A stretch of 64,000 nt of DNA, from the NCBI GenBank assembly GCA_016748015.1, contig JAAOMT010000777.1, forward strand, positions 380,246 through 444,245, read 5' to 3'. This DNA comes from Geosiphon pyriformis uo1. Its lineage: Eukaryota; Fungi; Glomeromycota. A model generated the notes under the pieces. That model searched no databases, was not told the origin of the DNA, and worked only from the letters and a program-made list of their open reading frames with translations. Positions 9,901 through 22,511 of this stretch are shown piece by piece. The number at the start of each line of letters is the position of its first letter. The first letter of the stretch is position 1. Made by a program: the position numbers and the translations under genes.

Positions 9901-12900
9901 CTAATCTTGTTTTATTCTGGAGAGACAGTCAACATTGGTATGGAGTTTTCCTGGTTTGTGATGTATTATGTATCGATAGTTTGCTAGAAATCCTGTCCAT
10001 CAGGTTTGTTTTGCATTCAACTGAGTATTTTTGTTTTGAAGCCATTTGAGTCCAATATTATCAGTAATAATATCGAATTCTTTAGGCCTGAAATAAAGAT
10101 TGAAGTAGTATAGGGCCCAAATTATGGCTGCTGTTTCTAGTTCTGTGACAGGGTAATTTTTCTCAGCTGGTTTTAATGTTCTGCTAGCATAAGCAATTAC
10201 TTGCTCATTTCCGTTGTCATCTAGTTGTAATAAAATAGCACCAAAGGCAGTATATGAAGCATCTGTAGCTAGTCGAAATTAGTTACTGAAATCCAGGTAG
10301 GCAAGAATTGGAGCTGTTGTCAGTTTTTTCTTGAGAATTTCAAAAGCTTTTTGGTGTTCAGTAGTCCATTTGTATTCCACATTTTTGGTGGTAAGCTGGT
10401 TGAAGGGTTTTGCAATTTCCGAAAATCCTTTGATAAATTTCCGATAGTAGGATGCTAATCTTATGAATCCTCTTAGTTTTGTAGTGTTTCGAGGAGTTTT
10501 GAAGTTTTTGACAATGCTGATTTTTCCAGAATCTGGTTTAATTCTATCTTTACTAATAATATGACTAAGGAAGACCAGGCTTGTTTTTCCAAAGTAGTAT
10601 TTTTCGATATTGAGTTTTAGTCCTGCTTTTTGTAATCATTGAAAAACTTCTCGCAGGTGTTTTAAGTGTAATTCAAATGATGGAGAATAAACATCAGTAT
10701 TGTCAAAATAAATGACTACTAATTTCCAAAGGAGGCCTTTGTAAACAACATCCATGAGTCTTTGGAATGTTGCTAGTGCATTGCATAATCTGAAAGGCAT
10801 TATATTGAACTCGTAATTTCTTCCTTGAGTGGTGAATGCTGTTTTGGGGCAGTCTTTGGGATCCATAGCAATTTGCCAGTATCCATTCTCTAAATCTAGT
10901 ATTGAAAAGTATTTGGATTTTCCAAGGGCATCTAACATGTCATCAATCCGGAGAAGGGGGTAGGTGTCTCCAATTGTAACACTATTGAGTTGTCAATAGT
11001 CAACACAAAATTGGATCTTTCCATTTTTCTTTTTAACTAACACTACAGGTGAAGCCCAAGGACTCATAAAGGGTTGGATAAGTCCATTGTTAAGCATTTA
11101 TTGTACTTCTTCTCAGATGAATTGGTGGCTTTCTGAAGCAACTCGATATGTTTGTTGTCTTCTTGGTTTGGCATCTCCTGTATAAATTTGGTGTTGGACC
11201 AAATTGGTTCTTCCTAAGTCATTGTTGTTTTCAGTAAAGATATTGGCAAATTCTGCAATTAGCTCTTTGAGCTGGGTTTGTTGTTGTGGTTCAAGTTGTC
11301 CCATGTTAATTCGAGATAGTTTTTTCATGACAACATGGTAGTTTTTGGAGCTGGGGTTTGGGTTGATTTTTGGTATTGAATGTCCAATAATTTTAGAGAA
11401 ATCGGGGACTGTTTGGGATAATTCTTGTTAAAATATTTTACTGTGAATAACTCCAATTTCTAAATTATTTAATAAAATTATGAGGTAATTATTGGGGTTG
11501 TAAAAAGTAACTCGGACTTTCTTTGTTCTTTCTGGAATATAAATGTTTGGAATCGAAATATTATGTTCCAAGCAGACTTGTTCATTGGACTCAAAAATTT
11601 GTTGTGTGGTTGTTGGCTTTGGGCAGGTGTAGATTTTTGGATGTTCTCCAAAGGGTGAAATAGTAATTGGTTGTGGAAGTCTAAGAATCTGGTGGGATTT
11701 GTTCCGTGTGTTAAGAGCTATGATAACTGGAACTGTGAATCGTCCAGTTGAACCAAAACCTTGGGTTCTTCTATCGCTTTTTCCTAATTGTTCTCTTTGA
11801 TTGACTAGTTGCAAACCTGAAATGTTGATTAAGGGTAGGTAAATAGCTTGGGCAATTTTTTCAGCATGTTCGATCTTGAATGGTTTGTCAGTTTTATTTT
11901 GAAACATCACTGTAATGTTTCCAGTATATCCAGCATCAATTATTTCTCCTCTGACATTGATTTTTTTGCTTGCCAGAGAGGACTAAGAGGTAATTTGAAT
12001 CATTGCTCCTGGCAGGATTTCGAGTGCAATTTTGAAGTTGATTTTTGTGAGAGATTTGGGTTTGAGAACAAGAGTATCTTTGCCTGGATATTTTAGGTCA
12101 TATCCAGCATCAATTTTGTGTGCTTTTTTGGGTTTTATTCCTTGTCCGTTGTTGTTGAAGTATTTAAGTTGTAAGACAGGCTGATTTTCGATAAGATAGA
12201 TAAGTGTTGTTTTAATTTCTTCCGTTGCTTCAGGTTCTCTAAATTCAATTTCATTCTCATTATTTTCACTGGGCAAGGGGATACTAAGAGTGTAGCATTC
12301 AGGACACCACTGTTCATCGCAAAGCATAATGCATTCTTCACATAGCCTAATGTTCATTTGCTCTAATTATTGAATTTAAGCTTTTTGAGTTGGGTAGGTG
12401 TAACTTGCAATTTGGTGGTAGACTTCTATTTTGTCTTCGTAATCAAATCCAGCTAATTCCATGGTGTATTTAATGTATTCTGCTTCCTTTATTTGGCAAA
12501 CATCTTCTTTGGTAGCTCTATTAATTAATGCCATTGCTAGGTCGAAAATCATCTCAATATTATAGGAGTAGTGATAAAGTTTGTTGAGAACACTGTTGTA
12601 TGCCGCATTAAAGAGTGTTCCTCTTTTTATTTTTTCTGAAATTGATAAAGCATATTGGCAGGTTTGATTGCAGACTCTTCCTTTCATGGCTACATCAATC
12701 TAATTGCATTCTTCTGGTAGCATATCTTCACAAGTTAAACAAGGGGTGTTGTCCTATTTTCTGCTTCTTTTTATTAGATGGCCCCATCATTCTTTGTGGC
12801 AAGCCTTGCAATAATAACAAGTATGATTTTCATATTCTTCTTCAGGTGAAATGCAGGCTCCCATTGACGATAGTTTTTTGTGGCAGTCCTTACATTTAAG

Positions 12901-15501
12901 GGGAATATAAGGGCGTTGTTTTCTTGGTTCAGGTTTTGAGTAAGGGATATTCCATCCAGAGGTTTCGGGTGAGATAAAATGTTCTTGTTCTGTTTCATTG
13001 GCCCAGTTGGACGTTGATCCAAGAGCCATGAATGTTTCAATGAGGGGTTTTTTCTCTTCCAGTTCGAATTCAAAAGCTGGGGCTTTTTCAGAGCATTTGT
13101 TGAATGTACCACAAGTGGCAGGTACTCAGGCATGTTGTCCTTGGTAGGAGATTGTTAACTCTTGTGTTTCTCAATTCAGATTAGCATTGGCTTTTTGAAG
13201 CCAATCATTTCCGACAAGAGCTTGGTACTGAGGTGCATCCATTATAAGAACTTTGACTGAAATGGTGATTCCATCAAGAGTAAATGGAAAATTGTTAATT
13301 TCTTCTACTGGGGTCTTTTTCATGCCATCAGCAGTGACAATTACTGTTTGAGCTGGTCGGTCAACATTTCTCTTCAACTGTTGCATTAACTGGTAGGTGA
13401 TAATGCTTCCAGTGGATCCACTGTTTAGGATCAAGCGAATTGTTTTTTCTTCAACTTCTGTTTTAGTGTACATAGCTGTGATTGCTTTTTGTTCATTGGC
13501 GGCTGCATTGCTAAGTAGAAATGGTAATTCATTGGCTTCGAACTCGAAAAGAAAAATATTAGTGAGATTGGCGTTTTTAGCAATTCAGACTGGTGGAATA
13601 GTGGTGTAATTATGAAAAGGGTTTTGTTGTTGTGCTGCAGCTCTACTTTCCGAGGGTGCAGTATGGTAAAACTCCTGTTCTTCTGGTATTGTTAAATAAC
13701 TGGGTTGAGTGTAGTAGTGGTTGAGTCTTGGTTGAGTGGAATTTCAGGGAACCAATTGGTTGTTCAAACCAATTCTATTGTTGTTTACTTGGTATCAGTT
13801 TTGTGGTATAAGTTGATTTTGTGTAATCAGTTTTCGAGTGGGTACTTGATAATGTTGTGTAGATGGTTGCTGGTATTGCTGTTGGATTGGCTGTGGAGCA
13901 GGCTAATAATAGTTATTTTGGTACTGAGGTCTTGGTGAATAGTAAGCTGGTGGTGATGGTTGATAATAAGATTGCTGTGGTGGAGGGTAACATTAATTAC
14001 TCCTATTTTGTTGGTCTCATTGCAGCTTTCTGCAATCTCTTTTCCAATGGCCAGAGATTCCACAGTAATGGCAATTCTGAGGTTAGTTATTGGAAAGTGG
14101 TGCAAAGTTATTTTAATGTCGTCTTTGGGGTGGTTGATATCTTTGGAGTTGCTGTTGTTGTTGATTGGTGAAATAGTTTTTAATCTTCTTTGTGAGTTGG
14201 TCAATTTTTTTCTCAGCTGCTAAGCTGGTTTCTCCAATTGCCAAATTTACAAGTTTGGTACGATTGGCCTCTTTTATGGCCATTTTGTATCTTTTCGCAT
14301 ACTGGATGGCAGAGTTTAAATCTTCTGGTGCGTGTGGGTAAACCTTTTAAATTAGTTTATCTTTTAGACCAGCAATAAATTGATCCAAGATTTGAGCATC
14401 AGAATAATAATTGTTTGTTTTGAGTTGGCAAATTTGTCTGAAAAGTTTGTTGAATTTCCCAATATAAGTCATAACAGATTCAGAGAGTTCTTGTTTGATA
14501 TTTCAAAAATGATTGTGAAGGGTGATAGAGGTATTATTGTCAGTGAACTGTTCAAGGAAGGCTGCTTTAAAGGCATTCCAATTATTGAATAGGGTGGCCA
14601 GATTTTCAAACCATTCTCCTGCCATTCCTTTGAGAAAGTATGAAATTGTTCTTAACATTCTGGCAGCATTCCATCCATTTGTATCTTCAGCTTTAATAAC
14701 TTGGTTGAGCCATTCTTGGGGACTGGTCTCAATGTCTTCTCCATTAAATTCAGGGATTTTTGCAATGTATGTTGTCATTTTGTCTTCTTCGTTTTTACTG
14801 TCTATTGATTCTTCTTCAGATATTTCAAGTTCGTTTTCTTCGTTCGCTGCTGTCTCAGAATGTTCACTTTGATTTTCAGCTAGAAAGTCAAGGAGATTGG
14901 AACTAGTTTGAAGGGGTTTTTGTTGTCTGGTGAGACTTCTGAGTGATGTAAAATTTTCTGGTCTTGCAAATCAATTCAAGGGTGAATTAGATGTTTGTGC
15001 TTGTGCAAGTGAAGCTGGAAAAGGTGTGATAGTAAGTGAAAGTTTTAAACTGGTTCCTTGTTCAGGTGTTTGTAAATGTTTGAATAATATTTTAGGAGTA
15101 TTGGGTGTTGTATGAACAGATTGGTTATCTCTTTGTCTTTTGTTGCTACTGGTTTCAGGTTCAGATTCGAGTTCAAAGACAAATTGTGCATTTGCAGGAT
15201 ATTTTTCTTCACAGAATCAAATGATATTATAATCGAGTTCCTCAAAATAAGTAGCACAAGCTTCAGCACTAATGTTTTCTGCTTTAGTGTTGGAATAGTG
15301 TAATATGTTCTCAAGAAGATTTCTTTTAACTGTTGTAATGTTATAGTTTCCAAAGAGGTAGTTGTTAATTCGATTTTTGATGTATTGAAAAAGTGTTTTC
15401 TTGAAAGCTATGATTCCATCGCGTATTTCAAATCGTTGTTTACAGTGTGTGTAAATCAATTGATAGTACTCTAGGGTTATGATGTCCGAGGTGGTTGCCA
15501 C
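9901..15501 (-). pseudogene. Gag-PR-Cys-rich-dUTPase-RT-RNaseH polyprotein of element B
   Basis: ORF-track fragments starting 15501, 14778, 13473, 13029, 12687, 12357, 11910, 11328 and 10938 are all in one frame, broken by point-mutation stops; ends CLSRIKQD* at 9901. Confidence 0.92.
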
Positions 15502-15546
15502 TTTGAATTTGTTGTTGCTGTGTTGTTTCCGTGGGAGAGCACCAAA

Positions 15547-16515
15547 TGTTACCAGAAGTTTTTGGTCTCTTCTTAGTTCTTGTATGTTTGTTGTAATGCT
15601 GTTAATTTACAATTTATGGGAAGTGTTTAAACCTCCGATAACTGAATTTATCTTCAAATTATCTTCTATACTTTGAACTGCAGGACTTATAAGTGGAATG
15701 GCCAATTCCTCACCAGTTACTTTATGTAGTTACATTGTAGTAAATGTCAACTCTTTCTCAGGAATTGCTCATCTGAAAGCTCACTAAAATGTGTAGTTAT
15801 TTTGCTGTGAAAGTCAACTCTTCTACAGGAATCTTGTTTGTAGGCTACCCTAATAATTATGATAATAAAAGAAAATAAAATAAAAGAAAAGGAAAGAAAA
15901 AAAAGAAATGAGGAATTGATTTGTTAAAGTCGTTTTGGATCCAGGCCTGGAAGTGCTTTAACAGTCTACTGAAATTGGTAGCTAATCAATTTCAAACTGT
16001 TAGTTGGGTTTTGGGGATTTTTCAAGTGTAATAATTAAAGAATTTGGTTTTTCAAATTATTTGATATTTATTTCTTTTGTGTGTGTAAAAATGGTTTTAA
16101 GTGATAAATCTAGAGTAAGATACATTTTCTCAAAAAAAAAAGCTCTTCTTTTATACAACTTGTCGTAACACTATTCTATGAACTTGAACTTTGCTATTTT
16201 CTACAATTTCACTGAACTAAAGATACATTTCGGTGAACTATTAGATTTTTCGGTGAACTATCAATTATTTCGGCAAATTTTTACAAATTTTGGTGAACTT
16301 TTTGAATGTTACATAGTTCAGGGTATTGCATGATTGATCATCACAATTAGGTTACATTTGTGTTGTATACAAATTGGGTTATTAATTAAATGATAATTTC
16401 AGATATTTTGCTAATGTAATAAGTGATAATTTGAAATGATAATATATGCTAATTAATGATAGGAATTATAAGATAATTTCATGCTAAATAATATCTCTAA
16501 TTTCATCTGGTAACA
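15547..16515 (-). repeat. 5' LTR of element B
   Basis: Perfect 10-bp terminal inverted repeat TGTTACCAGA...TCTGGTAACA; PBS TTTGGTGCTCTCCCAC at 15531-15546. Confidence 0.93.
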
Positions 16516-19500
16516 GCAGATTTGACCTTACCAGGTTCGAGAATCAAATCATTCTCAATTATTAGGTGGTCGAGCACCACCTTCTGAAACGAACACTCCA
16601 AGACATTCTTGATCATGCAACCCTTATCAGAACAAAAATTCTCCATGTGCTTGTCAATAGCCTTCCTAATAAGAGCAACCCTAGCAACCCTAGATTCAAA
16701 GTACTTAGACTTGTAATATTTTTTCCTGACCCCTAATAGGTGGTGCAGAATCACCTCAATATTGACACTATTGTCGACCATAACACAAACCTCAGCAGCA
16801 TCACTAACATTGATTTTGGACCAAGCATCAATAAGTTTGACTACACTAGAAACTTAATAAGAACCCAAGCTCCACATCAATTTAGCCACCAAAAGCTCCA
16901 GCTTGAAGAATTTTAAAGATTGCTTATTTCTCAAACACTTGAATTCACTGAACCAGAATCTCGAAAACACCTTATCAGCAGAGCTAATTACCACTTCCCT
17001 AATGATTTCCCACATAGCATCCAGATTACCACTAGTCTTAGCCTTATAGAATTCACCCAATCACTCCAGAAATCTAATTAAAAAGCAGTCTCAAAAACCC
17101 AACCACTTGTCAGCACCTACATCTTTGATTCTGAATTTCCACCTATTTTTATTAGCTTGCTTATGAATACTATTGAGATGAGCATTGAGAAGACCACCCA
17201 AACCAATTGAAACTGATACAGCTTTGTGGTCCATATCAAAAAAATCTTGAACAGAAGCAACTCCATGACCAGCAATCACAGCTGACAGACCTTCACTCAC
17301 AAAAATAAAATCAATAACCTTCTCAACACCCCTCGAGTTGTCTCAAGTAGGAGCCCCAACCAAAGAGTATCTCTCAAATGAATTAACCAAATCCAGATCA
17401 GAACAAAATTTAAAATTCGCACTCTTCCTAGAGCTGTCTTTATTAAAGTCACTACCAAGAACCACAAAAGTGCTGGAGTTTACAGCCTTAGCAATAAACA
17501 AATTGATTTCTGAAGCCTGACCAAACCTAGTACCAGCAAAAGCACTGGCATAAAGACCCAAAACTGAAACTGAAAGCTTGCCCTTGAAAAAAAGCTGTAC
17601 TGAAATAAAACAACCAGGAACTTCTTTGACTTTAGAAACATGATGAGCCAAAGAATTGTCCATAATAATAGCCACATCAGCACTAAGGAAACCCACATCC
17701 AACCCTGAAGAAAAAATTCTCACCCCATCAAACTTATCCGCAATCCATGGCCTAGTAGAAGACCTAAGCTTAGTTTCTGTAACTACTGAGATCAAATTAC
17801 CAGAATCAAAATGCCAACGTACAATATCCTCTTGCTTAGCAGAAATGTTGATACACGAACATTACATGTAGCCACCCTCCAAATTAGGTCACTCATTAGG
17901 GTGAAAAAAGTGTCTGTGAATCCAAGCTAATGCACAACTGATCTAACTTCTCCAAAATTGCACCAACAGAGGCATTAAGAGCCAACAACTTGGATTCCAA
18001 GGAACCCACCTTAGAGGTCAAAACCTTCGAACTACTTGAACCCAAATCCGAACCACTGAAAGGAAGTGGAGATGTCTCTACAAGAATATTCGAGATGTCA
18101 TTCAAAGCCATATCAAAACTGGCAGCTGCTGGTACAGCCAAAACAGAAGTAGAGAGAAAAAAAACTGACAGCACTAGATTCATGTCGTTGAGTTTGTGCA
18201 TAATACCAGAAACCTGGTCATTTAAGAGCTCCAATGAATGTTCCAAAGATGCCAAACAAACACTCAAAGACGAATTAACATTCGAAAGCAAAGGAGCACT
18301 ATCACTTAAACTAAAGATGCCATAAGAGAAGGCACCAGAACCAAAACCAGAGCTGGAAGAGGAGCCAACAGAAAAGGACGCAAGAGACACCACTTGGGTC
18401 CATAACTTGCTCCCAAAAGCAGCAGGATGAGAGATAGGAACATTTTTTTTTGCATAAAGCCTGGCCAGCTGAAAGTGGTTGGCAAAGAAAGCAGGCCTTT
18501 TAAACAAAGATGAGAGCTCAGGAGATGACATAATTGAAGCATCACATTCAAGAGCCGAGTAACCAAAATGCCCACATTTCCCATATTGAACCAAATCAAA
18601 TCTAGCCCACGAGAGTTGAACACCATCAAGGATAGACTCAGTAAGAAAAGCTAAATTCAAATCATTAACAGATTCAAAGCACACTACTGCACAACAAAAT
18701 CTATTGCCAGTTTCCAATGAGCAATTAATAACACAAGTCTTCTCACCAACTTTATCCAAAAGAGTACCAATATCATGTACAGTAGTTCCCACCGGCAAAG
18801 TAAACAAAAGCACCCTGAAGCAATTCCTTGACACCCAGATATTACAATCACCCACAGCTTTGGCTACACGCACTGAGTCTTTTCCAATTAGGAATGACCA
18901 CTTTGAGACCAACTGATCGGCTTGACCAGACTCGGCGAATTCCACTACAGCCTTTTGCCACATTCCAATTAACTGAATTTTAATTGATTTAATATTTTCA
19001 AACTCGGCTACTGTGGTAATGATCATTTTTTTAGATGTATTCATGGGAATTTCTTTGATCACCACAGCCCGATCTGAACACATTCCTTGTCTTTTGAAAT
19101 CAGTGTTTACAATGATGTTGTTATCTTTGGCCAATGAGATGGCCTTTTCCATGCTTGCTTCAGAAGTAAAAGTAGATATAATGATTCCTTTAAATTTTGA
19201 GGGAATAATGGCCCCCCCAAAATTACTGATTCCTGCAAATAATTTTCTTATGACCTGAGTTTTGGCTGTTGCTAATTTCCCTTCCACAGCTGAAAGATTG
19301 ATGTCCAAAGCAAAAAATTTTCTCACAGACACCTCAATCTGAGTTTTAACAATTTTAGAATCAATCCACTTTTTATCCAGAGGGATAGACACACGAGGAG
19401 GAAGCACAATTTTATCATCATCCATAGTAAAATCAGGAGAGCCAAGTGGAGAACCAAACATTATGCCAGTATCAACATGTTTTGCCTTGGGAGTGGTTGC

Positions 19501-19875
19501 AGCTGAACCCAGAAGAGACCCTTCATGTACATCTGTCATGCCAACATCCTCATCATTACCAGACAGACTATTTACATCAAAGTACACACTATCACCAGGC
19601 CCCAATTTACTCAAAGAGATATCTCTCTCATCATCAGAGTGTTTAACATTGCCAAAAACCACCCTTTTTTTCTGAGCAAAAAAACCACCAGCAGGACCAT
19701 GGAAAGCACCTTTGGGCACCTTCTTTTTTGACATATCACCGCTCGAAGCAGTCTTCAAATCCACGATAAAGAGATTATTGTTTAAGAAAATGTTAAAAGA
19801 AAACTAACAAAAAAAAAAAAAAAACTTCTTTATCAGAAAATGAAGATTTTTGGAGATAAGAGAAAAAGAAGTTTT
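16516..19875 (-). mobile_element. LINE (5' half: 5' UTR, ORF1, APE endonuclease region of ORF2), interrupted by Gypsy B
   Basis: Homologous to 32600-35975; ORF2 begins MSDLIWRVATCNVR, with APE motifs VTETKL, GSDFN, IDFIFV. Confidence 0.9.
17896..19764 (-). CDS. LINE ORF1 (RRM-like repeats, degenerate CCHC knuckle, coiled coil), still open
   Basis: 622-aa ORF; AVVIKEIP..QKAVVEFAE RRM-like segment; YGKCGHFGYSALEC knuckle; stop overlaps the ORF2 ATG. Confidence 0.82.
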   Translation of the reverse strand: MDLKTASSGDMSKKKVPKGAFHGPAGGFFAQKKRVVFGNVKHSDDERDISLSKLGPGDSVYFDVNSLSGNDEDVGMTDVHEGSLLGSAATTPKAKHVDTGIMFGSPLGSPDFTMDDDKIVLPPRVSIPLDKKWIDSKIVKTQIEVSVRKFFALDINLSAVEGKLATAKTQVIRKLFAGISNFGGAIIPSKFKGIIISTFTSEASMEKAISLAKDNNIIVNTDFKRQGMCSDRAVVIKEIPMNTSKKMIITTVAEFENIKSIKIQLIGMWQKAVVEFAESGQADQLVSKWSFLIGKDSVRVAKAVGDCNIWVSRNCFRVLLFTLPVGTTVHDIGTLLDKVGEKTCVINCSLETGNRFCCAVVCFESVNDLNLAFLTESILDGVQLSWARFDLVQYGKCGHFGYSALECDASIMSSPELSSLFKRPAFFANHFQLARLYAKKNVPISHPAAFGSKLWTQVVSLASFSVGSSSSSGFGSGAFSYGIFSLSDSAPLLSNVNSSLSVCLASLEHSLELLNDQVSGIMHKLNDMNLVLSVFFLSTSVLAVPAAASFDMALNDISNILVETSPLPFSGSDLGSSSSKVLTSKVGSLESKLLALNASVGAILEKLDQLCISLDSQTLFSP

Positions 19876-20418
19876 TTTTTTTTAAATATTAAAACTATTA
19901 TAATAATATTATTATTATAATTTTTAAAACCAATTTTAATAAAAATAATTTTTACAAATTTTTAAGTTAAAATTATAAAAATTTATTTAATAAATAATAT
20001 AATAATTTTTAATTTTTAATTTATATTTTTAAATTGTTGTAATTTTGTTATAATTTAAATTAATTTAATAAATATTTGTTTAAAAAAATTAAGATATTTG
20101 TTAATAATTTTATTAAAAATTTAAATTTATTTATAATTATTATAAATATATTATATTATTTTTATATTTAAAAATGTAATATAAATATTAAAATTTATAA
20201 TATTATGTTATTTATTTTAGTATATTTTGATAATAAGTAATAATATTATTTATATAAATAATCAAATATTATTAAATATTTAAAAAATAAAATTTGACTT
20301 GTTTAAACCTAATTTTTTAAAATAAATATCAAATTAAAAAATAGTATATTTAAAATTTAATTAGTAAAAAAAAAATTAATGTTAAATAAGTTTTTTATTT
20401 ATTGTTATTATTAATACA

Positions 20419-20480
<62 letters not shown>
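20419..20480. repeat. (TTA)n microsatellite
   Basis: Direct reading; further (TAA)n at ~20720-20760 and (AAC)n/(AAT)n at ~37073-37148. Confidence 0.9.
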
Positions 20481-20482
<2 letters not shown>

Positions 20483-20718
20483 CAGTTTTTATTACAATTT
20501 TTAACCAAAAAATATTTTGATTTTAATTTAAAAGTATAATTTTTTAATGTAAAGAAACATTGTAACAATAATAGTAATAATAGTAATAATAAAACAACTA
20601 TGTTTCATATTTACCGAAACTACTTTTAAGAAAGGTTCTCAATAGTTACATAATATTCCATTGGTGAAACGATAAACAAAGAAAGTAGCAAAAATTTTTT
20701 TTTAAAGGGCATTTTGAA

Positions 20719-20760
<42 letters not shown>

Positions 20761-21332
20761 TTAATATTTTTTCAAAAAAGATTATTCTTTTAAATTTAAT
20801 TTTAGGAAGATAGGGAAATAATTTCTTTGAACATAATTCTCGTTAAAAAATACAGATAATTTTCTTGCAATCACTACTTATTTATCGCATAGGCCTTTTG
20901 GTGTGTTTAAACAAATTTTTATTCTTTATTAAGTAGTGTACATACCTGTTTCAAAATTGTTCTCATTCTAATTTAAAAAAAATTGTGTTAGGGAAAACTA
21001 ATAAATAACTATATTACCATTAATGACCATCAGTAGTTTAATTTATATCACAATAATAAATTGACAATAATTTAATCAAGACACGTGAAAACATTTAAAA
21101 TTTTTCTTTGGAAAAGAAGTATATTATCATTATCATTATCATTATTTAAAATGAGGAAATATCTTAACAATATTAAATAATTTATATCATGTACAAATTA
21201 TTTAATTCCCATGTGGATTCAAAAAATTTTGAATCGTTCTTTAACACGATATATGACCAAATATGTTGAGGAATTTAAATATTGTTCGTGATATCTTTTA
21301 ATATTAGTAAATTTTCCTCATTTTTAAATAAT

Positions 21333-22004
21333 TTAGAATAAGTAGAAACTCAATGCAGCTAGGAAACCGCCAAAAGCAATCGATATCGGATGATTAATCA
21401 GAATCGAATTGGCACCAGCAGTTGATCCAGTCGAGTTTGTTGTAGTAGCGGTTGTTGCTGTTGTTGTTGCTGCTGTTGTTGTTGTTGTTGTTGTTGTTTT
21501 TGAAGTATCTTGGTTAGTAACCTTTTGAATCGAACCGTTACTATTAGTGATGGTAGTTGGTTGGGCTGATTTACTTGCGATTTTATTAGCAGCACTTTCA
21601 ATGGATGATGATGATGCGATCAAGCTTGATGTAAGTTGTGATAAGTTACTATTGATATAATGGAGAAAAAAGTTAAAAAAGAAAATGAATTTGAAAATTT
21701 AACGAAATTTCATATCAATTAAAGAAAAAACATACGGAGGAATAGAGCCACTCAATGAAGATATTATTGCAATGGCTTCAGGAGGAAGATTTGGGGGAAG
21801 GCTTGATGGAATACCATTACTTAAAAAACTACTGATTACATCTGGTGGAAGATTAGAAAAACTACTGATTAAACTAGGTGGAATATTAGGTGGAATAGTT
21901 GGTGTACCACCACCACCAATGGGAGCTTGTCCATTGATGATATCATCATTAACAGCCAAAATGGTTAAAGCAGCAGCAAGAAGAGTTGTTGAAGAGAATT
22001 TCAT
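21333..22004 (-). CDS. Secreted, probably GPI-anchored Pro/Ser/Thr-rich cell-surface protein (~194 aa, 2 exons)
   Basis: Signal peptide MKFSSTTLLAAALTILAV; GT-AG intron 21649-21735 joins the two ORFs in frame; poly-Thr stalk; small residues STAGANS then hydrophobic C-terminus; TATATAAA near 22150. Confidence 0.85.
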
Positions 22005-22472
22005 TTTTTTTTTTTTTATCTAAAGTTCAAAGAAGAAGAAAACTTATTTTAGTTTACGACGAGTTTTAATAATAATTTTATAATTTGTGAGAGAAATTGA
22101 AATTGAAATTGAAATTGAAATTAAAATTCATCTCGAATAGACATCGTATTTATATAAAAGGTGTGAATTAAAATCCGAAGGTTTTTGAATAAATTAGTAT
22201 TACCCATACAAAATTTCTCCTTTGTTTATGTGTATCACTATCTGCATACTATTTCAGGTTTAGATGAAAATATAGCTATATTAATATATATACATATTTC
22301 ATGGGCGGTGTTGAGAAAATTGAGAAAATTAGAAAAATGAAAATTCCCCGATATATAAACTATCATGATAGGAAAAAAATTTTTTTATACCCAGAGATTA
22401 GATAATGCCAAGGGGGGACACAGCCAAGTCTTCTTTCCCTGCATTATCATTGTGTGACTAATAGAAATCAAT

Positions 22473-22511
<39 letters not shown>

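Larger units (their letters stand above)
6684..16515 (-). mobile_element. Ty3/Gypsy LTR retrotransposon copy B, full length (~9.8 kb), degenerate
   Basis: Two LTRs, PBS, PPT and complete internal domain set; right end interrupts a LINE ORF2 (flank GCAG). Confidence 0.95.
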
